From positions 79,238,001 to 79,302,000 of the forward strand of contig NW_024704743.1 of assembly GCF_018977255.1 (NCBI RefSeq): a stretch of DNA of 64,000 nucleotides, given 5' to 3'. Of the stretch, positions 1 to 12,642 are shown one piece after another. Within the stretch, counting starts at the first letter, position 1. Each line of letters opens with the position of its first letter. Made by a program: the position numbers and the translations under genes. This DNA comes from Callorhinchus milii. Taxonomy: Eukaryota. Below the pieces are notes generated by a model that was not told where the DNA came from, searched no databases, and saw nothing but the letters and a program-made list of their open reading frames with translations.

Positions 1-9
1 TACAGCAGA

Positions 10-2010
10 CTGAAAACACGCATATTTTTTGTATACAAGAAGAGTGACAGACCTGTACCTGATAACTACAGACCCATCAGCCTAACCTAAATAATTGAAT
101 TATGATAGTCACTAATCAAACAAACTGGAATCATATCTGTGTAAAAAAAATAATCTACCTATCACAGCCAGCATGACTTCAGAGGGTAGACTTATTATAT
201 GACCAATGTCATAGACACTTAACAAATTGATATTCCAAATTGACAATGGAAAGCCACTTTCTCTAATTTACCAAGTTATTCAAAGGTCTTTGACAGAGTA
301 CGACCAAGGACACAGCTTCACTAAATGTTAGTGGGTATCATTACTTAGTTGTAAATTATTAACCAGCTAAAAGAAAGAAAGCAGAGGATAATTGTAAGGG
401 AACTTTTGGGGAGGCTCTAGTAGTCAAAATGGGTATTTTGGGGCCCCTTCCTATTCTTATTATGTATAAATGGCCTTAATTCACAGATGCAGTACAGGAT
501 AGAAAAAAGTTCAGGTAACATCAAACCAGTAGAATTAGGAGACAGCAAAGATCTTACAAAGAGAGTGTATGCAACTTGGTTTATTATCGGCAAATAAAGT
601 TGAATATTGGTAAATGCATGGTATTGCATTTTGGAAGTAAAAATAGGAGGCACTTGGATGGGATAGAGCTCGACTTGGGGAAGCTGCAGAAGATCTAAGG
701 GTGTTGGTTAACTCAACATTCACCGTTTGTAAACCACGTCAGGCAATAATATTTATTCAAGGACAACCGTGAAGATTGAGGTGAGACGAAAGGTTGACAA
801 TTCACAAGAACAGCATCTCGACAGTGCACTGCTCCCCCAGTATCACAAATGCCGGTCTGCCTAAATTAAGAGTTCAAGTACCGATAGACTTCAACCTCCA
901 ATCTTTTGGCCCAGAGCAATATCAAACAATGATAATTAAATCTTTTAGTTCAGGATTATTGGTACAAGCGCTCCAAGACGCTACCCTGCGCGAAGGACGC
1001 TGTGTAAATGCAAGTTGTTATTGTACTGCTAAACCACATTGGTGCTCTGGTCATGCTATTTCTTGAATACTCTATTACATGTTCAGTTCACTGTGACAGG
1101 CTCTGGGGGCAGGGTAGAGCTCCTTAGAGGAAAGAGATTTGAGGAATGAATAAATAAAATAGGGCCTCTTTACCTTGAAAAGACCCCTTAGAGCTATAAA
1201 ATGCTTAAAGAGATCAAAAAATGAAATCTGGAACAATGTTTTCAAATCCGCCAAGGCAGTCTAACAAAAGGGCACAAGTTCAGGGATGTGAAAGGTAAAT
1301 TTAAGACTAACATTGTGAAGTATTTACTTACACAGAAGGTAACTCTGCCGCCCGCATTCTCACCTGCACGAAACTCCGCTCCCTGATCACCCCAGTCCTT
1401 GCCAGACTGCACTGGCTGCCTATCCCAGAGAGGATCGATTTCAAGATCCTCACCCTTGTATTCAAGTCGCTCCACTCCTCTGCACCCCCCCTACCTCTCT
1501 GACCTCCTCTCTCCTCAAAACCGTTGCCTTCGTTCCTCCGGGTCTGGCCTCCTCCTCATCCCCCGAGTCCTCCGCTCCACCCTCGGTGGCCGTGCCTTCA
1601 GCCACTATGCCCCGAGGCTCCGGGACTGCCTTCCTCACTCCCGTTGTCTCGCTCCCTCCCTTCCCATTTTCAGGTCTCTGCTGAAGACCTTTCTTTTCGA
1701 CCGCGCCTTTGGTCACCTTTTTCCCCCTCCCCCTGTCTCGGCCCCGGGTTCCGTTACTGTAAAGCGCTCTGAGACGCTGTCCGGCGTGGAGGGCGCTATA
1801 TAAATCCAAGTTGTTGTTGTTGTATTTAATAACTGAAACAAGTTACCAAATGTAGTAGTATAGACTAGAATATGGGAATATGGGATTTATTCAGCAAACC
1901 TTATGTCGTAATAAGAAGACTGTTCAGTTGGTAACTTGGAGGGATGTGTTCAAACATCATTTTTATTGAAGGGATTTCTTTATCCGAACCCATCTTGTGA
2001 TCTTGACTAT
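10..2010 (+). mobile_element. Old degenerate CR1 LINE ORF2 remnant, interrupted by L2 pieces
   Basis: Decayed motifs YKKSDR..DNYRPISLT near 34-87; CR1-like 3' region near 1250-1345 (KGKFKTNIVKYLLTQKV) resumes after the L2 at about 1824. Confidence 0.65.
1346..1823 (+). mobile_element. L2 LINE 3' fragment
   Basis: [22 protein letters not shown] ORF2 end, AGCGC..GCGCT tail stem, (TTG)n terminus. Confidence 0.88.
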
Positions 2011-2600
2011 CTATTTAAGTGTTGTTGCTGAAACAGTTATCAGGCAGCTCCCCCTCGTGGCAGTTGATGTGCTTTTCCTTTATGACCTGGTGATAGAATT
2101 TTCCTGTATTTTCTCCTTAAACAATTCTGTTCTAGACAGAAGTTTAGTCCTGTAAAGCATTAGTTTTATTGGCTAGCCAAAACCTAACACTGTCCTGAGT
2201 AATTTTGAAGTCATTTTTACTGGCTGGAAATAACCCGATGTGCCAGTTTGTGATCACTCCCAAAGTTATAGCCCTGAAGATTGACAGAAGATTGATTTTG
2301 AAAGGTGGATTTGAGCTAACTAGCTGTCACTAGTTTTGATGTCATTGGTGCGTTTGGTGGTGCCCTAAATTACTGCTTGGGCAAAATGCAATGCAGAAAT
2401 TTTGATTGACAGTTCCTGAAATGGATGCAGTGAGGAATTTTACTTCAGCTTTTACAGATCAGTCAGAGACTCCTGCCTTTATATTAGCACCTGCTAGAAC
2501 ACACCAAATATATGTAATTTAATTGCTTACTCTCCAATCTTGGCTGTCTTATGTGAGAAGATGCATACAGTGTTAATTGGGATCATTTTTATTTGAACAG

Positions 2601-2764
2601 GTGGATATCTGTGTTAACCAACAGTAAAGAGGAAGCATTAAACATGGCATTCCGAGGAGAACAAACCAGTGGAGAGAACAGCATCGAGGACCTGACAAAA
2701 GCTATTATTGAAGATGTGCAGCGCATGCCTGGCAATGATATCTGTTGCGACTGTGGAGCCCCAG
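2601..2764 (+). CDS. ASAP1: ASAP1 coding exon (end of PH domain, start of ArfGAP domain)
   Basis: ag|G TGG ATA... translates WISVLTNSKEEALNMAFRGEQTSGENSIEDLTKAIIEDVQRMPGNDICCDCGAP, then G|gtttgt donor; closely matches vertebrate ASAP1 as I recall it. Confidence 0.96.
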
Positions 2765-2956
2765 GTTTGTAGTGCTTCATTACTTTTTTCAGTTAAAAAA
2801 TTCTGTATTTATTATTTTAATCGTAAGGAATGTTACCAATGGTTTTATTGTAACGAGAAACAAGAGGAAAAAATTAGGGAAGGAGGGGAATGAAGAAGAC
2901 AAACGAAGGGGAGGGAGGCAAAGAAAGGAGAGGGACAAGTGGAGTCCGTGGAGTCG

Positions 2957-3277
2957 TGGAGTCCTGTAGCTCAGTGGTTAGAGCACTCGCTTTGCAAGTG
3001 AGAGACCTGAGTTCAATTCGAAACCTTGGGCAAGTTTCCTTACTCCACACGCCTAATAATAATCCCTCCAAAAAACCAAAAAAAAACAATAATTAAATTG
3101 GTCATTTTTCAATCTACGACTGTTTGTGGGACATTGCTGTGCGCAATTGGCTGCCGCGTTCGCCCACAAATATACAGTCAATTCACTTTACAGTGTGTTC
3201 TGTGAAGCGCTTTGGGACGTCCTCCCGACGTGAAAAGCGCTATATCAAATGCAAGGATTATTATTATTATTATTATT
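2957..3277 (+). mobile_element. tRNA-Ala-headed SINE with L2-type tail, near full length
   Basis: A box TAGCTCAGTGG, anticodon arm CTCGC-TTTGCAA-GTGAG, B box GTTCAATTC, body GCTGTGCGCAATTGGCTGCCGCG, tail shared with L2, (TTA)n; AAGTGGA at 2937 and 3278 as TSD. Confidence 0.92.
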
Positions 3278-3946
3278 AAGTGGAAGCCAGCCACAGCTGT
3301 AAAAGGACAGGTATTCAGAGTCAGACTAACTTGATGTGTAAAAAGCAAGGATGAGAACATAAGGGAAGAGAGCTAAGGGAAAAAGCAAATGAGTATGAGA
3401 TAATTTACAAAACAGAGAAACAAAGATTGGCGAAAAAGAGTCCGAGTGACAGACCTACAAGCAGACCACTAGATATAGAGAGGGGGCAAAGACTGGAAGT
3501 GAGAGAGAGAGAAAGCTAGAAAGACACATGGAGACATCTGTGTGAAGCCATTGGATGTGTTGTAGCTGGACATTCAAAGGGCCTTTGACAAAGTACCACA
3601 TGAGAGACTTTTAGAAGGTGATATCACTGGATTTCAAGTGTGAGACATTATTACTGGTTAACTGAGGGAGGGGGTGAGGGAGAAGCAGGTGGTAGTGTTG
3701 TAGAAGAGGTAAATCAAAATGGAGGAAGGTATTAAATGGTGTTCCTCTTTAAGGGTTTGGTACCAAGATGCCTCCTGTTCTTTTTCTACATTAATAATGA
3801 CTTGGATTCACAGACTCAATGTAAGGTTAGTTAAATATGCCGATGACATCAAGTTAGGAAAACTCTGGAATCAGAGAAGGCAGCAAAGGTTTTACAAAAG
3901 AGCTGTTAGTGTACTTTGGCTGATCACTGGAAAATTAAGTTTAATA

Positions 3947-4150
3947 CAGTAAAACTCACATAAGTCTTATCTTTATAAGTTGTATAATCCCTAAGTCGTA
4001 CATTCACTCCAGTACCATTTCTATCAAAACCACTTAGATTTCTTTCTACGACTCATATTAATCACTTTCTAACTCATAACGCCGATCCCCTATCCTCCAA
4101 TACTCCCACGTGTAACAGCTGCAATACATTGCGGGAAATCTAGTCTTGAT
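3947..4150. mobile_element. Tigger/pogo-like MITE, left half
   Basis: Starts TA|CAGTAAAACTCACATAAG; matches the reverse complement of 30365-30546. Confidence 0.7.
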
Positions 4151-5978
4151 CCAACAACAACAAAATTACTTGCATAGTGCCTTTCACATTGGGAGGACAT
4201 CCCAAGGCACTGGACAGTCAGTGTTTCAGACCCGAGCTGGGTGTCGGTTGAAGAGGAGAGTCTTCAGATGGGTCTTGAAGGAGGCAAGGGAGGGGCTGAG
4301 GCAGAGGGACTGCGGGATGGAGTTTCAGAGGGTGGGGGCAGAGTGGCAGAATGGCCTGCCAATGGTGGGGCCAGCAAGATGTGGGACGTGAAGCAGGTTG
4401 GAGCCCGGTGAGCGGAGGGAGCGGGCAGGTTGGTAGAAGGTTAGGAGGCCACAGAGGTAGGGAGGGAGCAAGACCATGGAGGGCTTTGAAGGTAAGGACC
4501 TGGATCTTGAACTGTATGGGAAGCCAGTGGAGTCCGGCGAGGAGTGGGGGGTAGAGTCATGGAGCCTGGTGCAGGAGAGGACTCGGGCTGTAGAGTTCTG
4601 GATGATCTGTGGCCTATGGAGGGAGGAGTTAGGGAGGCCGACAAGCAAGGAGTTTGCATAGTCAAGCCACAATGTTATGGAACATAGGAACATGAGGAGG
4701 CCGTTCAGCCCTTCGAGTCTGTTCCGCTATTTAATTAGATCATGGCTGATCTGTACCTCAACTAATAAAATCTATCAAACTCACTCTTGAAGGTGTGGAT
4801 GGATCCAATATCCACAGCCTTTTGGGGGAGAGAATTCCAGATTTCTATCACCCTTTTTGAATGAAAAATGCTTCCTGATTTCACTCTTAAATGGCCTGGT
4901 TCTAATTTCAAGACTATGCTCCCTTGTTTTGGAATGCATGTTTGAGGGTTTCGGCGGCCTGCGATGCGACACAGTGGCGGAGCCGGGCGATGTTGCGGAG
5001 GTGGGGGAAGGCAGAGCGGGTCATGGCACGGATGTGGAGTGGAAAGGATAGTTGAGGGTCAAACAAGACACCAAGGTTCCAGACTGGCTCAGTGAGGTGG
5101 AGTGTCCAACCATGGATGGTGATGCTGTCAGCGCCTGAGGTGTAGAGGCGCTGACGGGAGCCAATCAGGAGAGCCTCGGTCTTGTTGACGTTCATCTGAA
5201 GAGAATTAGCTCTCATCCAGGACTTGATGTCTAACAGACATTCTGTCAGCGCAGCAATAGTCCTGGAGTCAAGGGTGGAGGCAGAGAGGTAGAGTTGGGT
5301 GTCATCCGCATACATATATGACCTCATGTCTGCATATGATGTCACCAAGAGGGAGCACATAGATATAGAAGAGGAGGGGACCAAGGACAGAGCCCTGAGG
5401 AACCCCACACGAGACGGCGGGGGCTAGAGGAGAAACCGTTTGTGGAGGTGAAGTGGAAGCGGTGTGAGAGGTACGATCTGAACCATTCAAGGAGAAGGTT
5501 GAGGTGAGAGGAGAGGCAGTGGATGAGGATAGAGTGGTCAGCAGTGTCGAAGGCAGCAGAGAGGTCAAGGAGGATGAGGAGGCAGAGGGAGCCCTGGTCA
5601 CAGATGGACAGAATCTCATTTGTCACTTTGACCAGGGCTATTTCTGTGCTGTGGGCAGCAAGGAAACCTGATTGGAAGGGTTCATGAAGGGAGTGGTGGG
5701 AAAGGAAGGAGCGAAGCTGGGAAGCAACAACTCATTCCAGCCACAGTGGACCTTAAAGAGGAATGGAGGTTGGAGATGGGACGGAAGTTTGAGAGCAGGG
5801 ATGGGTCCAGGGAGGGTTAGAATAGGAGTGATGACGGATATTTTTAAAGAGATGGGAATGGTACCAGGGGATAGGGAGGGGTTTATGGTGTCTGCAAGTA
5901 GAGGGGTAAGGAGGTGGAGCTGGGAGGTAAGAAGAGGGGTAGGGATGGGGTCGAGGCAGCAGGTGATTGGTTTCAATG
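4151..5978 (-). mobile_element. L2 LINE, 5'-truncated, frameshifted RT
   Basis: Minus-strand ORFs with [39 protein letters not shown]; (CAA)n tail at 4151. Confidence 0.92.
4680..4930 (-). mobile_element. CR1 3' fragment nested in L2
   Basis: Tail ATGTTCCTATGTT on the minus strand; RPFKSEIRKHF motif; TGGAA on both flanks. Confidence 0.8.
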
Positions 5979-5979
5979 A

Positions 5980-6300
5980 CACAGGTGCAGAAAAACATCA
6001 TTTCCCGCAACTCAATGCAATTTCAATGCTTGACGATAAGTCCACATATGGCGACAGTCCAAGATGCTTTGAGTCGTGGGAAACATAGTCTTGATCTGTC
6101 GCCGCTGATGCACTTACCAGCTGCAGTGATGAACTGCCGCATCTGCACTTATCAGCAGCATTGATTTATGCATGTGCAGTGTAGATTATTGATGAAATCG
6201 GATTTGATATGACTTGTATAGTTTGCCTGCAACTTGGATGTTATGCAAGTCATATTAAATGTTAGGGCTCTGACTGATATGAATTGTGGGAGTTTTACAA
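5980..6300. mobile_element. Tigger/pogo-like MITE, right half
   Basis: Matches the reverse complement of 30055-30307; ends ...GGGAGTTTTACA, inverted relative to CAGTAAAACTC. Confidence 0.7.
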
Positions 6301-6454
6301 AGTACTGCATGTAAACAATAAAAATACAAAGCATATGTACTCTATAGATAGAACATAACTTCCCAAGCTAAAAANGACTTGGGAGTTTATTTGACTCATT
6401 GCTCATCATTTCGAAACAGTGTGAAGCTGCAATAAACCAGGTAAATAAGATGCC

Positions 6455-6600
6455 TGTGCGCAATTGGCTGCCGCGTTCGCCCACAAATATACAGTCAACT
6501 CACTTTACAGTGTGTTCTGTGAAGCGCTTTGGGACGTCCTCCCGACGTGAAAAGCGCTATATCAAATGCAAGCATTATTATTATTATTATTATTATTTAT
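6455..6600 (+). mobile_element. 5'-truncated SINE (same family as 2957)
   Basis: Near-identical body and tail, (TTA)n. Confidence 0.88.
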
Positions 6601-8247
6601 TGAAATTCAGCTCCCAGAAATCAGACTCAGTTTGTACAGATCTCTAGTCAGGCTGCACCTGACCTGAAGTGCTGGTTCCAGTTCTGGTCTCTGTGACGTA
6701 AGGGGAGTTGCCCAAGCTCTAGAGGCAGTAATGTGTAAATCCCCAAGGTATGAGCAATCTATGAAGAACAATTAGATAAGATGGGTTTCTTCTGTCTTGA
6801 AAAGAGACGTCTGAGAGAGGGACTTTATGGTGGTTTATAAAATTCTAAATGGGATTGAGAAAGTAAACCCAGAGCAAAAGGGCACAGTTCCAGGCGTGTG
6901 AAGAACAATTTCTGATCAGACACTAGGAAAGCTAATTATCGACTTGAATGCATTATCAAGAAGAATGTTTTTTGAGTTTAGGACAGTTTAGGAAACTGCT
7001 TGTTGTTGGAATAGGAGAGGGATCGTGTTTGTAATCTTGAAAGATAAAATCGAATGAGCCGAGGGGCCTCGTCCAACCAAACTTCTTGTGAACTTGTGAT
7101 CACTGAAACAAATGCCTTGGTGGACTGGTTATAATGACAATTTTTCACAAATCTAGATCTGCACATTGCAGACTATATTTCAGAGGTATAATATCACTTT
7201 GATATTTGTTACAGTCCAGTGTCCTTTAGTGAGTAGAACCACAGTATATGTTGAAAGCAGTTTACGTGAAGAGACATAATAAAACTGTTTAATAAATGTA
7301 GATTGAACTATTCCAGTTTGGTGTTTCACATTATAAAACCATTTGTAATTTATCAATGGTCTGCATATTGGGATCAAATTACTTGTTAAAAGAAAATCTC
7401 AACATAAATTAGCAGAAGTATGAAATTTATTTCAGATTGTTACAGGCCTGCACTGCAGTTTACATTTTGTAGATTTTAATTTAGTCATGCTGCCACCTGC
7501 AGGCAGTACTAATATATAACTTCGGTATAACTTGAGTAGTGCTAAATCACTTCAAACACAATATTGATAAATACATTCAGTGTTTTCAATATACAGTACT
7601 GTACTTTCACCTTTGAGGGGTTTGTTGGACTTCCATGTAAACCCTTACATCCAACAGAAAATGGAACCTTCAACCTATTATTTATATTTAAACTCAAACC
7701 CAGATACCCAAGGTGAAAGGGCAATGTGCAAACCCATTATGCCACACAGTTCCCCTTTATTTTATGCTTTAACAATATACAAATTATGGGGCCTAAAATG
7801 TGTGGATTTCTAATTAAGAACTTCCAAATCACATATAAGAATTTTTACCAATTAAGTCATTTATAGACAGTCATGGATGGAGTGACCACATTTATTGGGG
7901 GAGGGATTATTGCCCCCAGAGGGCAATCCGCTGAATTCCTGCTTGCTGCTGAGTAGACAGAGCCTTGTGTGTGTGGAGTAAGGAAACGTGCCTTAAAAAG
8001 TCCTCTCGCTTGTGAGGTAATCACGCTAGCCACTACGCTACAGGACTCCACATTAGTTAGGTTGTCTCCCCTTAACCATCTCCTCTCTGTGAGTGTTTGT
8101 GGGACGCTGCTGCCCACAGAACACACAGTCACTCCACTTTATAGTATATTCCGTGAATTGCTTTGTGAGATGTCTCGAAGGTATGATAAGGCGCTACATC
8201 AAATGCAAGGATTATTATTTAGACCTACAGAGACTACTTTGATATGA

Positions 8248-8430
<183 letters not shown>

Positions 8431-8753
8431 TAACCTAATCGTTGAGCATGGAGTGTCCCATGTGTATGAAAACAATTCTGGTTTATGCTGGATGAGGACT
8501 TCGTGATAACAGCTCAGAGCATTAAATTTTACAATACTTATCCAACCAGGACTATTCTATCCAAGCTTTTAACTTTAAGGTTGTCTAAAGCTCCTAACTT
8601 CATTGATAAGCAGGTTAACTGTTAGCAATGCCTATTATCAATCTTTGTAAGAACTGACTTACTTTTTTTAATATATATATAAAACAACCATATTGTATAG
8701 AAGCAGAAATGATTTTTTTAAAATGTGGTATTTGTTTTCTTTTCAACATCCAG

Positions 8754-8845
8754 CTGGCCAAGAATTTAGGCAATACCAGTTTTAATGAAATTATGGAAGG
8801 CGATTTACCAAATCCGTCACCAAAGCCTATTCCAAACAGTGACAT
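8754..8845 (+). CDS. ASAP1: ASAP1 coding exon (ArfGAP)
   Basis: cag|LAKNLGNTSFNEIMEGDLPNPSPKPIPNSD(M)|gtaagt; phase consistent with neighbours. Confidence 0.95.
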
Positions 8846-9435
8846 GTAAGTACATTTGTGAGACAGTTGTTTAAAATGTTATTCTTGAAAGGAAATAAAT
8901 CAATGCATTTATTTTAGTGCCTGTTCACATTAAATAAATGTCCCAGAGTGTTTACAAAAAAAATTAAAAATGAGGGAATATAAGTGAGGTTAACAGGAAG
9001 AACAACTCGATAGATTTCTTTGAAATAGCAAGGTAGGGTGTTTGGTCCCAATATGTCCACCCAAATCAGACAGCAATAAAAAAGGAAAATAATGAACCAA
9101 GAAAATCGACTATAGATACAAATAGACAAATTCTAATTCATGGTGGTTTAAATTGTTGATATTTTGTTTGTTTTCTTAATAGGCTGGCACGGGCTTTCAT
9201 CGGTTTTAGTCCAGTTCCCACTTATTCAATATGATTTATACATTTCTAATATTTTGCCTTTTTTTAATCCATCAGTAATATTTTCAAATATGAATCACTC
9301 GTACTCTGCATTATCACATGAGAGAGATGTTCAGATTGTTAATGTTATGCCTTCATTGGGAGCTTGACTGCAATTTTTCATGCCGAACGGATTTAAGAAG
9401 ACCATAATCTTATTCAACCGTATGTTTTTATATAG

Positions 9436-9622
9436 GACCGCACGTAAAGAATACATTCATGCAAAATATGTAGAACATAAGTTTGCCAGAAGGACGTGCA
9501 CGTCTCCTGTAGGGAAAATGAGTGAGTTGTTGGAATCTGTGAAATCCAGGGATTTAGTTGCACTAATCCAAGTCTATGCAGAGGGATTTGACCTAATGGA
9601 GCCACTGCCAGAACCTGGACAG
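9436..9622 (+). CDS. ASAP1: ASAP1 coding exon (ArfGAP end, start of ankyrin region)
   Basis: tag|TARKEYIHAKYVEHKFARRTCTSPVGKMSELLESVKSRDLVALIQVYAEGFDLMEPLPEPGQ|gtgaga (inside ORF 9380..9688). Confidence 0.96.
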
Positions 9623-10437
9623 GTGAGAAATAGTGACCGTTTAACTGGAAATCCATTCAGCTCTGTATTTACAATATATAAAATATGACTTGTTCTTGTT
9701 TAATTCATGTTCTTGTTTTGTATTTATACTAGATGCCTTTGTAACCCATAAATTTACCTTTCATCATAATAATAATGTTACTGTAATGCAATGTAGAAAT
9801 GGTTCCAATATTTGACAGTTCCTGTTAAGTTTTTTTCATTAAAAATGCAACTGACAGAGCAAACTGTACAATATTTAAATTTATATTGTCAAACTTCATG
9901 ATTTGTTTATATTGCTCAATTTTTATATTTGTATTATTTCTGTTTTGAGGGTCTAGACTTCCATTTTCTGTCCAAGTTAGACTTTTCAAATGTACCAAGT
10001 TTGCACCAAATGTTAAGTGCAAGCTTAGTACATACATGGAGGATTTCAGTGTCAAATAACTAAAGTATTCTAACCATGTTTGATACAAGTAGTACATGAC
10101 CTTCCAATATGTATTTTTATGTACACGCACATTTTTATATATGTACGTCACAATAAATAAAAGTACAGAGTTGATGGAAACTGTTGAGCGATGTTATGAG
10201 AATGTTTCCCTCTTGCATTTAATATTTACATAGTCATTCTTATTGACATTTTGTCAATAAATTTGCATTTTTTTATTTTATAATAGCTAATGTGGTTGCA
10301 GTTGGCATTTTTGTTTAGGTTGAGGGATGTTTTTTGTAAAACTGAAGACATGAATAACACTATTTATATTGATTCTTTTCAAAATAATTTCAAGTGTTTT
10401 GGTTGTACAATAATACAAATCTTTATCTACCAAACAG

Positions 10438-10523
10438 GAGCCAGGGGAGACGGTGCTTCATCTAGCAGTGCGAACTGCTGACCGAACTTCACTCCACCTG
10501 GTTGACTTTCTTGTGCAAAATGG
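10438..10523 (+). CDS. ASAP1: ASAP1 coding exon (ankyrin repeat)
   Basis: cag|EPGETVLHLAVRTADRTSLHLVDFLVQN(G)|gtatgg. Confidence 0.95.
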
Positions 10524-11235
10524 GTATGGAACCTTTTAGTAAAGTTAGTTTTTTTCTGTTAGCACAGGTCACTTGACTCTATTTTTCTTAGCTATGTTGG
10601 ATTCACAATTTATTACGCATACTGCTATAATAACCTAAACAACTGTACAGTATTCTTACCATTGTATAATTTTCTCTTTCCCTTCCTCCAATTCCATCCC
10701 TTTCTTGAAAGTAGTGACTCAAGTTGGAGTCAATGCTTCCATTAGTTACAAGTTTCCCCTTTTAATATTTTACCTAAATGACCTTCTGGGGGAATCACAG
10801 CTGAGCTTGGACGTCTTCTCAACCACACATGCACTTTCCAGCAGAGGTAACTGGACAGTGATCAGGAATGTGAACTGCAGCTGTTTCTCCCCCCCACCCC
10901 ACACCACCCCAACCCCTGCAGCAGAGTTTCCAGCAGAGGCTAATTAATAAAAGGAGATTAAAATATGAAGTCCAGTTCAATCTAGCACACATTCCTAGAA
11001 TTTCAGGTGGCTGGCTCCAGAGCAGCATGGCCTGGGAGCAGTGTGCTAGCTGGGAAAATGTGTAGCATGAAAATGCTTTTCAGAAGAAAGAAAGGGAAAA
11101 ACAATATCCTTTACCTTCTGTTTAAACCTGCGTGTAGAAATTTTCAAAAGTACTGTAGATATATCACATGTCATATAATATGGATCAATTAAAATCAAAA
11201 CTTATTGTTGTTTCATTTATTTAACCCCTATATAG

Positions 11236-11351
11236 TGGCAATCTGGACAGACAGACTATAAAGGGAAACACAGCTCTACATTACTGTTGTATCTTGGATA
11301 AAACTGAATGTTTAAAATTGCTTCTTCGGGGCAAACCAAGTTTAGATATAG
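11236..11351 (+). CDS. ASAP1: ASAP1 coding exon (ankyrin repeat)
   Basis: tag|GNLDRQTIKGNTALHYCCILDKTECLKLLLRGKPSLDI|gtgagt. Confidence 0.95.
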
Positions 11352-12336
11352 GTGAGTATTCTGTCTGTTGTATTGGATTCTATTTTTTTTAATCATGGGT
11401 ATAATTTGTAGATATTCTGTAGATAAATGCTTCCAATGTAAGTCTTAATCTTACTTAGGAATACACAAGTTTGTAAATTAACAAAATTTACAGGACAAAT
11501 GTGTTTCCTCTTCCATTGGTAATTCCTCATCTCACCTGCCAGCCTTGCGCTATATCAAATGCAATTATTATAATAAAGATAACCGTACAAGTTCACCTTT
11601 ATTTTTGAATATCTTATAGAATATAGTTTTTGAAGGTAACGCAAGGAAAACAGTTTCTCCCATGTTTAAAAAAAAACAGAAACAGGATTTTTGTTTTTCC
11701 TTAGCCCCAAAGGTGCTGACTCATCCCACTGGCTGCTTTTGAGTCCTTCAGCCTGAAGATGTTGTGCCTCATGTTTAGTTTTAGATATTGTTTAGTTTCG
11801 AAGGCTAGTTTGGGAGTGGGAGAGCCTGACCCTGGCTTCACCCACTGTCCACATATGAACCTTCCAGTAGTGGCCATTGGATATGTAGCAATCGGGAGCA
11901 GTGATCTCAGCTGGAATAACACTGTGCGCAATTGGCTGCCGGGTTTCGCCCACAAATTTGCCCCCCCCCCCACTTATGCTAGAGTGCTGAAATCATTGTT
12001 TTCTTTCCTCAGAACATATAATTACATTCAATACCAGAAACTAGAATTGGCATTCAACACGTGTGGACTGCACTTTAGAGTACTTTTGTAGGATTTTAAA
12101 TGTAGATTTTGAGACACGTTTCAAGAAAGATTCAAGTCTTCAAAAATGGCAACATAACCTTCAAGCTATACCATTCATATATTTTTGAAATATTATCAAA
12201 GTGATTGTAAAAAAAATCTGTCTGGGCAGTCTGAACTCTTAGCTACTTCCACAGTTTGCTTTTAGCTTAGATAAATGTTGGTTTTATTGTAATGTTTGTC
12301 TCTCTTACTGTTGTCTTTTATGTACTTTCTTCACAG

Positions 12337-12404
12337 TAAACCAGAGTGGTGAGACTGCTCTTGATATAGTAAAAAGACTAAAACGTGTTCAATGTGAAGA
12401 ACTG
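12337..12404 (+). CDS. ASAP1: ASAP1 coding exon (ankyrin repeat)
   Basis: cag|(V)NQSGETALDIVKRLKRVQCEEL|gtaaga. Confidence 0.94.
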
Positions 12405-12414
12405 GTAAGAAATG

Positions 12415-12642
12415 TTCTCTTTGACCAAGCCTTCAGCTCCCCTCTCGACTCTCTTCCCCCTTCTCGCTCCCTCCCTTCCCTCCCCTCACCCTGACCATTT
12501 CCCCCCTCCTCGCTCCCTCCTTTCCCTCCCCTCACCCTGACCATTTCCCCCCTGCTCGGGTCATGATCCAACTGTGCAGCGCCTTGGGACGTCCTCCTGA
12601 CGTGAAAGGCGCTTTATAAATGGAATGTTGTTGTTGTTGTTG
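12415..12642 (+). mobile_element. Young L2 3' fragment with an internal tandem duplication
   Basis: L2 3' end, repeated CCTCGCTCCCTCC..CCCCTCACCCTGACCATTTCCCCCC unit, (TTG)n; TGTTCT on both flanks. Confidence 0.88.

Larger units (their letters stand above)
3540..7100 (+). mobile_element. Old CR1 LINE remnant hosting nested insertions
   Basis: FDKVPHERL near 3585, KYADDIKLG near 3833, KFN|..|KVLH across the insert, SKQCEAAINQVNKM near 6410, CR1 3' end near 7060-7100. Confidence 0.75.

Noticed and set aside
2958..3030. tRNA-Ala(TGC)-like sequence (also 29666, 37288, 46098, 50939)
   Set aside because: No proper acceptor stem; each continues into SINE body and tail, so these are SINE heads, not tRNA genes
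6375..6375. Single N bases (also 29426)
   Set aside because: Both end A homopolymers, so they are sequencing ambiguity rather than biology
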